A stretch of DNA of 62,918 nucleotides, counting the filler, from Perkinsus chesapeaki ATCC PRA-425 (taxonomy: Eukaryota; Protista; Perkinsozoa): the NCBI GenBank assembly GCA_013115145.1. It is 14 parts of 14 records of this genome, joined end to end, with 100 filler letters (N's around TTAATTAATTAA, not from the genome) between each part and the next. Parts side by side here need not be neighbours in the genome. Positions count along the whole stretch, not along the records: positions 37,116 to 38,906 come from JAAPAO010001783.1; positions 39,007 to 40,335 come from JAAPAO010002038.1; positions 40,436 to 41,948 come from JAAPAO010001922.1; positions 42,049 to 44,368 come from JAAPAO010001628.1; positions 44,469 to 50,793 come from JAAPAO010001096.1; 9 more parts are not named here. One strand, 5' to 3'. Under the pieces are notes generated by a model. The model was not told the origin of the DNA. It saw only the letters and a list, made by a program, of their open reading frames with translations, and ran no database searches. This document shows positions 37,482-48,838 of this stretch, piece by piece. Numbering within the stretch: the stretch's first letter is position 1; each line of letters begins with the position of its first letter. The position numbers and the translations under genes are program-made.

Positions 37482-38861
37482 GTGCAGTCCGGCCATCTCC
37501 CACGTCCCGTTGAGTGTTCCCAGCTCGATTTGCGGTTCCGGCCTTTGTTTCATGCAGCTCCCTCGTCCAGCGCCGTGCTTCTGGCGCATTCTGTGAGGGT
37601 GCGGCCTCTCAACGGCCTTACGCTGTGGGTACTTCCGTTTCCACCTCACATGTGCCTTACTTCCGGGTTTTCGATGTCTGCCCTCCCTCTCAGATCATCC
37701 TTCGGCCTTCCACCCATGCCTCACAAGCGCTCCCGGTGGCCGGGTAAATCTGCGCAGAAACGAGCGGTTCGCCGCGTCCTCCGCCATGCTGTTGCCTTGC
37801 CAGCCCCCCCGACGGGATCACCCGCGCCTTCCTCCCGCAACACGTTATCTATCGAGTTCCTGCAATCTACGGCAGCGCAACTACTTCGAGCATCTCGATC
37901 ATCACTACCCTTCACAGATGGTTCAGCTGACTTCGGTCGCTGCGTCAGCTTACCAGCCCTCCCGACTGATCTTTCTTCCTTCCCGTACAGCGACCCCCTT
38001 CTCCGACACTTAGCGTCGCTACCCGCAGTTCGGCAACTCTCGTCCGTCGTCGGCAACATCACGGGGTCTCCAGATGAGAATCAACAACACTCACTTGCAC
38101 AGGCTGCTCAGGCAGCAAAATCCGTTACCACTGCCTATCTCGAAGACCTCTTCAGTGTCCACAAAGATCAGGCAGATATCGCCGACCTCCACTCTACGCT
38201 GTTACGAGCCTTCATCGATTACGCAGGCGGTGAAGATGCGACCTTCGCGGCTGAGGTTGCCCGACATGGAGCCCCTTTGGGTCTCGACCCAACTTATCCA
38301 ATCCCATCCTCGCATGGTTTATTCCCACTCAACCTCTCTCCCTCCTCCGAACTCCCCGGCGTCTCGCCGAGCTGCTCTACCGACTTACTCACCAACTACT
38401 CCTCTGTCGAGCTCCAATCCTCCTTGGTGTCTCGGATGTATACATTCGAGGAAGCTCGCGGTTGGATGGAGCGGGTTCCCCCAGGTGACGAGTTCCGTCA
38501 AGTTAAGGTGGCTCTTATTCTCAAGAAGGCTGGTCAGGATCACCCTGACTCCCTTCCCGACGAATCCCTCTCTAAGCACTATAGACTCATCGAGGACTAT
38601 CGCCGGAACCATACTAATACTTTCGTCGACTGCCCTGAGACTGTGAGATTACCTACATTCAAACATCTTCAACATTTCTTACGTCATGTTTCACATATGT
38701 CGACAACAGCTTCGACCCCGTTCTCATTGGTGAGTGCAGACGTTGCTTCGGCTTTCCGTAACTGTCCGATTCGACCGGCCGAACGCCGCTTTGTGGTAGT
38801 TAACATTCCGAGTACTGATGGCCGCCCGTCTACGAGACGAGCGCTCGCGAGAGCTAGTTGA
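37482..38861 (+). mobile_element. DIRS-like retrotransposon reverse transcriptase, N-terminal part
   Basis: GAPLG..., VALILKK, YRLIEDYRR, VRLPT, SADVASAFRNCPI match DIRS-type RT motifs. YxDD is not reached before the ORF ends. Confidence 0.8.
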
Positions 38862-39006
38862 AACACCATGACTAGCCATCGCTCGCCATAGACTAGTGGG
38901 CGTTGGNNNNNNNNNNNNNNNNNNNNNNNNNNNNNNNNNNNNNNNNNNNNTTAATTAATTAANNNNNNNNNNNNNNNNNNNNNNNNNNNNNNNNNNNNNN
39001 NNNNNN

Positions 39007-39043
39007 CTAAAGCCAGCGCCTTAGACCACTCGGCCAAACTGTC
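39007..39043 (-). tRNA. tRNA-Leu: tRNA-Leu(TAG), 5' half only (cut by gap)
   Basis: GACAGTTTGGCCGAGTGGTCTAAGGCGCTGGCTTTAG. Confidence 0.85.
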
Positions 39044-39241
39044 GGTGAGTGCTGCAAGTGACACATCCGAGAAATGATCACACTGGCGTTGGGCAAGTTG
39101 CGTGCAGTCACAAAAGTCTGATGACACACTGGCGTTGGGCAAGTTGCGTGGAGTCACTCAAGTCAGAAACTTCTCGTTTCCCCGCGCAGCTGCTTATTTC
39201 CGCAAAACGCAAAAGAGATATCACCCCACATGCTAAAGCCG

Positions 39242-39321
39242 TGACAGCTGTGGGGTTCGAACCCACGCCCTTACGGACTGGCGCCTAAAGCCAGCGCCTT
39301 AGACCACTCGGCCAAACTGTC
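39242..39321 (-). tRNA. tRNA-Leu: tRNA-Leu(TAG)
   Basis: 80-nt type II cloverleaf, anticodon arm CTGGC-TTTAGGC-GCCAG, variable arm, GGTTCGAACCC. Confidence 0.97.
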
Positions 39322-39476
39322 GATAGGTGTTGCAAGAGACACAGCCAAGAAGTGATGACACACTGGCGTTGGGCAAGTTGCGTGCAGTCACTCAAGTCAG
39401 CAACGTCTCGTTTTTTCCGCGCAGCTGCTTATTTCCGCAAAACGCGAAAGAGAGATCACCCCACATGCTAAAACCG

Positions 39477-39556
39477 TGACAGCTGTGGGGTTCGAACCCA
39501 CGCCCTTTCGGACTGGCGCCTTAAGCCAGCGCCTTAGACCACTCGGCCAAACTGTC
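39477..39556 (-). tRNA. tRNA-Leu: tRNA-Leu(AAG)
   Basis: Same body, loop TTAAGGC, variable arm CCGAAAGG. Confidence 0.95.
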
Positions 39557-39711
39557 GATAGGTGTTGCAAGAGACACAGCCAAGAAGTGATGACACACTG
39601 GCGTTGGGCAAGTTGCGTGCAGTCACAAAAGTCAGAAACGTCTCGTTTTTCACGCGCAGCTGCTTAATTCCGCAAAACGCAAAAGAGTTATCACCCCACA
39701 TGCTAAAGCCG

Positions 39712-39791
39712 TGACAGCTGTGGGGTTCGAACCCACGTCCTTACGGACTGGCGCCTAAAGCCAGCGCCTTAGACCACTCGGCCAAACTGTC
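39712..39791 (-). tRNA. tRNA-Leu: tRNA-Leu(TAG)
   Basis: Cloverleaf; one substitution at the variable-arm base. Confidence 0.92.
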
Positions 39792-39945
39792 GATAAGTGC
39801 TGCAAGAGACACAGCCAAGGAGTGATGACACACTGGCGTTGGGCAAGTTGCGTGCAGTCACAAAAGTCAGAAACGTCTCGTTTTTCCGCGCAGCTGCTTA
39901 TTTCCGCAAAACGCGAAAAAGATATCACCCCACATGCTAAAGCCG

Positions 39946-40025
39946 TGACAGCTGTGGGGTTCGAACCCACGCCCTTACGGGCTGGCGCCTAAAGCCAGCG
40001 CCTTAGATCACTCGGCCAAACTGTC
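39946..40025 (-). tRNA. tRNA-Leu: tRNA-Leu(TAG), possibly defective
   Basis: D-loop GG changed to GA (GAGTGATCT), plus one more substitution. Confidence 0.75.
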
Positions 40026-40180
40026 GATAGGTGTTGCAAGAGACACAGCCAAGAAGTGATGACACACTGGCGTTGGGCAAGCTGCGTGCAGTCACAAAAG
40101 TCAGAAACGTCTCGTTTTTTCCGCGCAGCTGCTTAATTCCGCAAAACGCAAAAGAGTTATCACCCCACATGCTAAAGCCG

Positions 40181-40243
40181 TGACAGCTGTGGGGTTCGAA
40201 CCCACGCCCTTTCGGACTGGCGCCTAAAGCCAGCGCCTTAGAC
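40181..40243 (-). pseudogene. 5'-deleted tRNA-Leu(TAG)
   Basis: The 5' 17 nt are missing; sequence jumps into the spacer at a GAC microhomology (TTAGAC|ACACTGG). Confidence 0.88.
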
Positions 40244-40435
40244 ACACTGGCGTTGGGCAAGTTGCGTGCAGTCACAAAAGCCAGAAACGTCTCGTTTTTT
40301 CCGCGCAGCTGCTTATTTCCGCAAAACGCGAAAGANNNNNNNNNNNNNNNNNNNNNNNNNNNNNNNNNNNNNNNNNNNNTTAATTAATTAANNNNNNNNN
40401 NNNNNNNNNNNNNNNNNNNNNNNNNNNNNNNNNNN

Positions 40436-41948
40436 GTCGAATAAGCGGTCTTAGGTATTTCGTCTGCTGTCCCTGATAGTCATTTTAAGAAATTTGCATT
40501 TTCTATGTTTTAGTGACCGCGGGATTTTTCGCAAAGTACTATCATGATGTGTGAGTTGTGTGAACGGCCCGTTAAGGCCATATATTAGAACATAATCGGT
40601 TTACGGACAACACCTGAAGATGAACGAAGTTCCTTGGTTTCCTGCTCTACACACGCGTGGTGCAGTTATCCTCTGGGGTCCAGGTGTGTCCAGGAAGTTG
40701 GCACTTCTCAAACAGAAGAGCGGATTGTTTTGTGATTCAGAGTTGAGTGAACGAACCATGAACTTCCGCGGAAATGCGCTTTGCTCCTATGGTCGAATAG
40801 TCGATGCACGTAATTGGTTAGAAGTTCTAGGTGTAAGAACTCGTCGTGTTACATCAATTCTTGAATTTCTGAAGATGTGCAAATTGGAGAAAAAGACGTG
40901 TCAAGTGAAAATGCGCAAGCATGAAAATGCGCAAATTTGGACAATGACAAATCTCGCGAAAAATGCGCAAATTTGAAGAATTACAAATCTCGCGAGAAAG
41001 TGCAGTTTAATCTTATGGTCGAATGAGCGGCGTTAGAGATTTCGTTTGCTGTCCCTGATCGTCATTTTAAGAAATTTTACATTTCTTATGTTTTAGTGAC
41101 CGCGGGATTTTCCGCAAAGTACTATCATGATGTGTGAGTTGTGTGAACGGCCCATTTTAGAACATCATCAGATTTCAATGTTCCAGTAACCGCGGATGAT
41201 TTGTGACTGAGTATTATAGTAATCCCTGAATTGAGCGAGTGGATCATTTTGGAACATCATCATTTAATGTCGATGTTTCAGTAACTGCGGGATTATTAGA
41301 GGTGTCCTGCAATGATGTCTGCGTTTGCTTAGGGCTTATTTTAGAACATATCGGTTTACGGACAACAACTGAAGATGAACGAAGTTCCTTGGTTTCCTGC
41401 TCTACACACGCGTGGTGCAGATATCCTCTGGCGTCCACGTATGTCCTCGGAGGTGGTACTACTCAAACAGAAGAGCGGATTGTTTTGTGATTCAGAGTTG
41501 AGTGAACGGACCATGAACTTCCGCGGAAATGGGCTTGGCTCCTATGGTCGAATAGTCGATGCACGTAATTGGTTAGAAGTTCTAGGTGTAAGAACTCGTC
41601 GTGTTACATCATTTCTTGAATTTCTGAAGATGTGCAAATTGGAGAAAAAGACGTGTCAAGTGAAAATGCGCATGAAAAATGCGCAAATTTGAAGAATGAG
41701 AAATCTCGCGAAAACTGCGCAAATTTGGAGAATTACAAATCTCGCGAAAAATGCGCAAATTTGGAGAATTACAAATCTCGCGAGAAAGTGCAGTTTAATC
41801 TTATGGTCGAATGAGCGGCGTTAGAGATTTCGTTTGCTGTCCCTGATCGTCATTTTAAGAAATTTTACATTTCTTATGTTTTAGTGACCGCGGGATTTTC
41901 CGCAAAGTACTATCATGATGTGTGAGTTGTGTGAACGGCCCATTTTAG
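40436..41948. repeat. Complex tandem repeat (units ~582 and ~788 bp) with 36-bp subrepeats
   Basis: Unit starts GTCGAAT(A/G)AGCGG at 40436, 41018 and 41806. Subrepeat ACAAATCTCGCGAAAAATGCGCAAATTTGGAGAATT. Confidence 0.93.
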
Positions 41949-42048
41949 NNNNNNNNNNNNNNNNNNNNNNNNNNNNNNNNNNNNNNNNNNNNTTAATTAA
42001 TTAANNNNNNNNNNNNNNNNNNNNNNNNNNNNNNNNNNNNNNNNNNNN

Positions 42049-44368
42049 TAAGGTGGCTATCTTTTATACCTTTATTTATATATCTAATTAGACTATTATA
42101 CTATAATCATTAGTAATATATCTTTATACTGTATTCTTATATATATAAACTTATAATATTCTATCTATTGTAAATATCTTATTATTATATATAATATTAT
42201 ATATCTATTCTTATTAGTTAATAATCTATTATAATTATATATATTGATAACCTTATATTTATATTATATATCATTAGATATTATTAATAAAGTATACTAT
42301 ATATTATAAATTAATAATGATAAACTATAGAGATTTATACCATAATATATATTAATATGCACTGCTATAATATAAATATATAATATACTAATAATCTTAA
42401 TAACTAATAGCAGTGCTTTTATCTCATTAATTCTTATTATTTATAATTAATCTATTCATAATAATAGCTATCTATATATATTAATATTAATATTAGCCAT
42501 GCACAACAATAAATAATAATATAATAATAAGTGCATGGCATTAGATTATCTACCTCTAATAGTTATATTAATAATTATATTTATTTATATATTATATCTT
42601 ATCAATAGTTTATAAATATTATATAATCTAATCTATTAACATATTATAAATTACTAATTATTATATAAAGATATGATAGGTTTATCAATATATATGCTAT
42701 TTATTAGATTATATCTTATTGCTATCTATTATATCTAAATATTATATATATAATTACAAGGGAATATAACATGTATTATTATATAACTAAATATGATAGA
42801 TCCTTAGACATTAATTAATATATCATTATACATATAGATAATATAGATGATCTTATATTAATTTATTATACAATATTAACTATAATGACTAGATAAAGGT
42901 ATTAATATATATCCCCTGCCCTCTATTGTATATTTAATTAATGCTATTTATATATATATTGGCAGGGGATTAGCTATAAGTAAGATATTATTATTAAGAT
43001 ATACAGTATTATAATATAGTGAATAAAGATTATAGTCTCATTGAGATAAAACCATGCCCTTTAGTTATTAATTTATTATACTATATATTACAATATTATA
43101 TTATTAGGGCATGGTATATATTTATTAATATATATTTATCTATAAACCACTAGTTATATAATATTAATTTATGATATAGCATATTTTATTATAATAAGAT
43201 AAACACATATATCTGTTATCTAATATACAGTATATTATAATAATCTATTAATATTATAGCTATTTATCTTATATTTACTATTCATTATAATATATACTCA
43301 TATCCCATTATTATATATAAGGTATTATTCCTGTAATTATATTATATGAAATATATATAATTAGCTAATGAGGTATAGTTTATTCTATAAATCTACTTAT
43401 ATTACTATATATTAATAATAAATTAATTATAATACAATATATTATATCTATTTATATAACATTAATAACTAATAGAATATGATATAGTATACATTATCCT
43501 TAATATTATCTATCATATACAGTATATTATATATATTAAATATATTTAGTAATGAGATAAAACTTACAGTAGTTATATTATATAAATTAATAGATATATT
43601 ATTATATTATACTTTATTATATATTTAATTATAGATAATCCTATGCATAATATCCTTATGCATTAATATAATATTATAAACTTATGATTATCAATATATT
43701 TATATAACTATTAATATAATAATGTATAGTAATGGTTTATTTATAATATATTATCAATAATGATATGATATCTAATCTGTTAATATATATATATAATGAT
43801 TAATAATACCTAAGATATTTATATTAGTTATTAATATATACTTATAATAAATATATTCTAATTTAATATGTAATTTTATACCCACTAGATATATATTATT
43901 ATTCATTATAGCTATATATTATATCGTTATAATTAAGTATTTTATTACCTTTATCACTAGTTATAATATTAATTAATATAATATATTTAATAGATAAAGA
44001 TAAGTATACATAATTAATACAATAGTTATAATATTATATATCAATTAACTATATATTTATACTTATATCTGTAATCTTATATATTAATATATTATAAATA
44101 AGGCCAGCTATATTATATTTTATATATATTATATGAAATAAAGAATAGATTAAAATATATATAATAGATTATTAGTCATCTGCAATAATATAAATATAAA
44201 TAATATAATGTATAATAAATATATATAATCAACTAATACTATATTTACATTTACTAGATACCTATTATTTATACTAATGCTAATATAATAGACAGCCTGT
44301 ATTGTATTTATTATAGTATATTACCTATTATTTATTAACAGGCTGTAATATAGATATATAGATAATTA
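42049..44368. other. Second extremely AT-rich contig with GC-clamped stem-loops
   Basis: Stems at 42359-42416, 42496-42539, 42911-42970, 43051-43115 and 44292-44346. Same composition as 1-5560. Confidence 0.5.
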
Positions 44369-45774
44369 NNNNNNNNNNNNNNNNNNNNNNNNNNNNNNNN
44401 NNNNNNNNNNNNTTAATTAATTAANNNNNNNNNNNNNNNNNNNNNNNNNNNNNNNNNNNNNNNNNNNNAAAGTTGTTGACCTTTCCTTTTGTAGACCGAG
44501 TGAATTGAATTATTCAAGATATGCGGGTTATGGTGACCCTCCGAGTGGCACGTGATGGCTGGACTCTTGAATGATTCAAGGTCGGCGCGTTTTTGCACGT
44601 GACCGTTATTTACAAAAATCATCAAAAATCAACGAATAAGCATTTCGTACAAATTAAATTTAGCCCAGGGGTGAAATAGGACCTAAGCTATCATATTAAG
44701 TGAAAAAAAATGTAATCAATTAGTTACCCCTGTACCACTGGGACAAGTCCAACTATCCGGCTACAAGTAACTATCGCGGTTCGAGTTATTACCACACCAA
44801 CGGTAGCCACTATGCTGATGACGACACTAACTCTGGTCACCATGAGAGCAACTATTACAGTAATGGCTCTGATAGCTCTCATACCCCCTCTGACAAGGCC
44901 GATGATGTCAAGACCCAGATCATCATCTTGCACTTTTAACTATGTGCAATTGCGTTGATGGTACCAATGGTCGGGGATGAATGATTACTACAGTCTTTCT
45001 ATACCGAATTCCCCTCATTTTTCTACAAGTTACTAACTTTGTAAACTGTCCACCATAATACACAGTTTCATAGAGACTTAATGTGCTTTCTTGTCGTGGG
45101 TTCCAAATTTGTCCAGCATTTGTCAAGAAGTGAGCCCTGAACGGGACATATGTAATAATGCCATGATGGGAATGCCAGCATGATGATGGCATGACCGACC
45201 AAGACTTAGTGGCTAAGCTTCCGAGTTTGAGCTCGCGTTACGTAATACGTAGCCCTTCACTCCTCAGTTCGCGGACTCAGCGCAGTCGATAGTACCATAG
45301 ATTCAATACTAGCAAACTCGGATACCACTCCGGAATTCGGTCCCGCTATAAAACAAGCAACTGCAACTGCAAGAACGAGAAGGAGCGGAGCAGCAGCAGC
45401 AGCAACAGCAGCGGCAGCATCAGCAGCAACAGCAGTGGCAGCAGCAGCAGCACCCGGCGGCAGATGGAAGGATCTGGAGAGGATGTTATAATGGGAGAGT
45501 TGGATGATGATAGAACTAGTGGTCCAAATGTCGTTGTAGCCGAATTCGCTACGCCTCGTAGCGACTGGAGCTCCGACTCGTACGGCATGGTTGTCCCTTC
45601 ACTACAGGGGTCATCATCCGTTCGCCTTTCTCCTTCCGTTTTTTCTCCTCGTTCTCCGTGTTGTTCTGACGTCTCAGGCTCTGAGACGTCAGGACTCGCT
45701 AGTGATACTCGAAGTTCCGATGTCGGAACTTTCTGAACCTTCGAGTATCAATTCGTCTATCGCGCCACCCCGCG

Positions 45775-47073
45775 ATGATGCGCTCGAAATACGGCGACTA
45801 TGACTTTGACGCTATTTTCGTCTGCATCCGTCCCGAAGCGCTACTTGCCTACTCCCCTTTATGGTGGACGCTAGACATTAGACGTTCGCGATTTAGGGAC
45901 CTTCCCCCGTCAGTGATAGGATTTGCTTCCGCTCCTGTTAGTTTGTTCGTGGATCACGACTTTCCAAAGGAGCAGTTCTGCAAAGAATTGCGATCTCGTG
46001 GTCACATTGTCTTTGAGAACCCTCATGAGCAATCCGTCATTCCGGGGGTGGTCAGTCTCGACTCGAGGGTAATCTACGATGCTTATATGGCAACGTCGTA
46101 TCCGAACCAAAACGGGTTCCTATACGCAGCTAGATATGGCATGAAGAGTAAACTCCGCCCTTATGTCTTCAGTACTTTCGACCGATACACGTTTTCTAGC
46201 GACACCCGTCTTGGTGAAACTATTTACGATATCGGGAAGATATTCAAAACTGAGAATATATGGGTGTTTCGTCGGGCTGTCCAGAGTAAGAAGCAGTACA
46301 AAGTCCTTGACAAGTTGGGTGGACTTGATTATGTGACTGTACAATTTACAACTTCTTACTCAAATTCGTCTGATAAGTGGCCTCTCATTGATGTGGAGTA
46401 TACGTTTTACTTCCGTTTGCGTCACGTAATCAAAGCGTTGTCTAGCATGAACTTCAGCGTGGCAACTACACGCTCCAGGTTTCGCCAAATGCTAGACAAC
46501 TTTACTCTACATACGAAGCTTTGCCGGGTGAAGGAGAAGGACGTTGGTGGATACCGAATTGAATGCCGTTTCCGCGTACAACATCGTTCTAGTCCTTCGA
46601 TCCGGGAAGCTGTAGATTGGTTGCTGGCGCGTGATAAGTTTAACCTCGATTCATACCCGGATTTAAGTTTTCGAACTGTAAAGTTCGCGGACTATCTAAG
46701 TTTAACCGACACAGCGCTCAAGGTAGCCGAAAAGCTTCCACTGGCCAGTGGGGATAACAGAAATGCTCTCCCTAAGGACCTAAGCAATTTTTCAGCTTAC
46801 TTGATTAACTTGTTTGGTGAAACTTATAGTCACGCGCAACAACTTTTCGATAAGGGTCGCGAGGCTTATCATTTTTATTATCGTATTTATAACGAGGACG
46901 TAGTTTTACATGATAATCGACCTAGTTCAGCTTCCCATGACGCTATAAATCCTGAAGACCTCGTTGTCAACACTCCAGAACCCGATATGGATGAGACATC
47001 GAGGGCGCCCGAGAGAGCCCAAGTCGTACTTGATGACGATTTGGCGCTGGACCTTTATAGAAGAGTCCTCTGA
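45775..47073 (+). CDS. 432-aa unknown domain protein (copy A), 5' part of a probable fusion with OTU
   Basis: Long ORF with GGYRIECRF motif; C-terminal third homologous to 17995-18246 on another contig. Confidence 0.85.
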   Translation: MMRSKYGDYDFDAIFVCIRPEALLAYSPLWWTLDIRRSRFRDLPPSVIGFASAPVSLFVDHDFPKEQFCKELRSRGHIVFENPHEQSVIPGVVSLDSRVIYDAYMATSYPNQNGFLYAARYGMKSKLRPYVFSTFDRYTFSSDTRLGETIYDIGKIFKTENIWVFRRAVQSKKQYKVLDKLGGLDYVTVQFTTSYSNSSDKWPLIDVEYTFYFRLRHVIKALSSMNFSVATTRSRFRQMLDNFTLHTKLCRVKEKDVGGYRIECRFRVQHRSSPSIREAVDWLLARDKFNLDSYPDLSFRTVKFADYLSLTDTALKVAEKLPLASGDNRNALPKDLSNFSAYLINLFGETYSHAQQLFDKGREAYHFYYRIYNEDVVLHDNRPSSASHDAINPEDLVVNTPEPDMDETSRAPERAQVVLDDDLALDLYRRVL

Positions 47074-47921
47074 CGCCGACCCTTTAGCGGAAAGAAGAAT
47101 AAAGTAGGCTTGATCGCCTATTCATTCAAATCTACACTGCTAAACAAGGGTGAAAAAAGGTGTCCAAGACTTTCAACAGCTACGCATCGGCCATGCGAGA
47201 TATTCTCGCCAAGTTTGGGGCTAGTTGGAGGGCACATGTTGTGCTATATGAAGGGGACGCGTCAAAGAGAAGAGTATTCAAGGATGTAGCCTGGGGTTTT
47301 AGTGGTAACGTGTTACAGCCCGCTCACGAGTGGCGTAACATGCCCGCTCAAAACACAGACGCATACCCGACTTACTGGCTGAGGACGGATCAGACAGGTA
47401 AATATACATGGAGCCTACGTAACAAGGTCTTCAACCGTGTTGTAGTCCCTGGAGACGGAAACTGCATGTTTTACTCTGCGCTGATCTCAGTCAAAGAACT
47501 CTCTGGGCGTTTACCGAACTTTTTAAGGGATAAGAATGAGGCCCTTGCCCCAGGAATTCTACGTGAGAAAGTCTGTGATTACCTTGGAACCCATCCTCCG
47601 GATGCGGCTACTTGGGCAGCTCAACTGGTATCTGACATTGAGCAAGCAGATTTTCGAACACGAGGATTGCCGTTAAAGCCAACTTGGGAGGAGTATGTGA
47701 AAAGCATGCGACATCCCAAAGCCTGGGGAGGGATAAAGGAGCTTCATGCTATTGCAGCATTGTTCGAGAGACGAGTATACCTTCTACAACTTGCCAACGG
47801 GGCTTCCCACAACCTCGTAAAGGTACAGGAGTACGGAGAGGAAAATCTCAAAGAACCGCTCTGTTTGTTCTATGATGGCATTTGCCATTATAGTGCCCTC
47901 ATTGAATCCTCTAAGAAGTAA
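47074..47921 (+). CDS. OTU-like cysteine protease domain, 3' part of the same gene
   Basis: VPGDGNCMFYSA (Asp/Cys, Cys ~47463), WGGIKELHAIA, YDGICHYSAL (His ~47886). The linker RRPFSG..GLIAYS continues after the TGA at 47071 and matches copy B. Confidence 0.9.
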
Positions 47922-48838
47922 AGGTATTCTTCTGGGTTCGGGTCGGTAGCTGGTTGGACTCCCCTTGTGTTATAGATATTTTTTGTATTATAGTTGTATT
48001 ATTTGTTTTTGTTTCTTTACTCAAGTATACTCTTATCTATGGCCACTTATCCATTCTGTTGTACATAACTGTATCACCGTTTTTATTCCATTTTATAAAA
48101 TATTGTCACGTCTGGCATCCCCTCTTCGCCCGGTTTCATCGTGAATATATTGGATGAAATGGAAAATGTTTTCATAAAAACTGAAATGTCCTTAATCGAG
48201 CGTATCTTAATAATCTTAATATCTTTGCTTGAATCAATGCCTACGTGTTATCAAGCTCCTCGGAGAGGTATGCATCTTCGGTGACCTTTCAGGCTCCCGC
48301 TGCTGAAGAGGCAAAGGACGCCGTACCGGTTGAGGAGACTAAGCCTGAAGCCGAGGAGGAAAAACCTGCCGAGGCCAACGAGCCGCCTGCGGTAGTTGAG
48401 GAAATTAGGAAACTGGAAAAGTGTTTTGCAGGGAACTGACGAAGCTGCTGCTGCTGCTGCGGATGGTGCTGATGGAGGTGATGCTGCTTCTCCACCAGAG
48501 GTAGTAGTGAGGGGGTGAGGGATGAAGTGGAGATTGAGTTATGTTAGGGAGAGTAATTTATTGAATTTGAATTTACTAAAGGATATGGCATGTTGTTGTT
48601 GAGGATGTGATGGTGTTTTGTTGAAGTGTATTTTATGAGGGGGAACAAAGGGATCAATGGGAAGATTCCCTATAGGGTACATGATTCTTATAATTGTATT
48701 TATTTCCTATTTTTCGTAGTGCATCAGCACCTCTCCTTCGATCAGGCAGCAGGTGAGTGCCAGTATAGGAGTATAGCAGCGGGCCGCTGAGCTGCTATAC
48801 TGAGGCCGGATTCCGGGTCAGTATGATCCATGTGCTGC

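Larger units (their letters stand above)
39007..40335 (-). repeat. Tandem array of ~235-bp tRNA-Leu units
   Basis: tRNA 3' ends at 39242, 39477, 39712, 39946 and 40181; spacers near-identical. Confidence 0.97.

Noticed and set aside
39007-41948. CRISPR-like arrays (235-bp, 36-bp and 42-bp repeats)
   Set aside because: No unique spacers, no cas genes, eukaryotic context; these are a tRNA array and satellites.
40436-41948. snRNA, 5S, snoRNA or spliced-leader RNA inside the tandem repeat
   Set aside because: No U1/U2/U4/U5/U6, 5S or SL signature recognised on either strand; C/D-like words are too short to support.
48770-48801. 11-bp hairpin as a Helitron 3' terminus
   Set aside because: No CTRR end at the expected distance and no Rep/helicase; more likely another fold-back palindrome.
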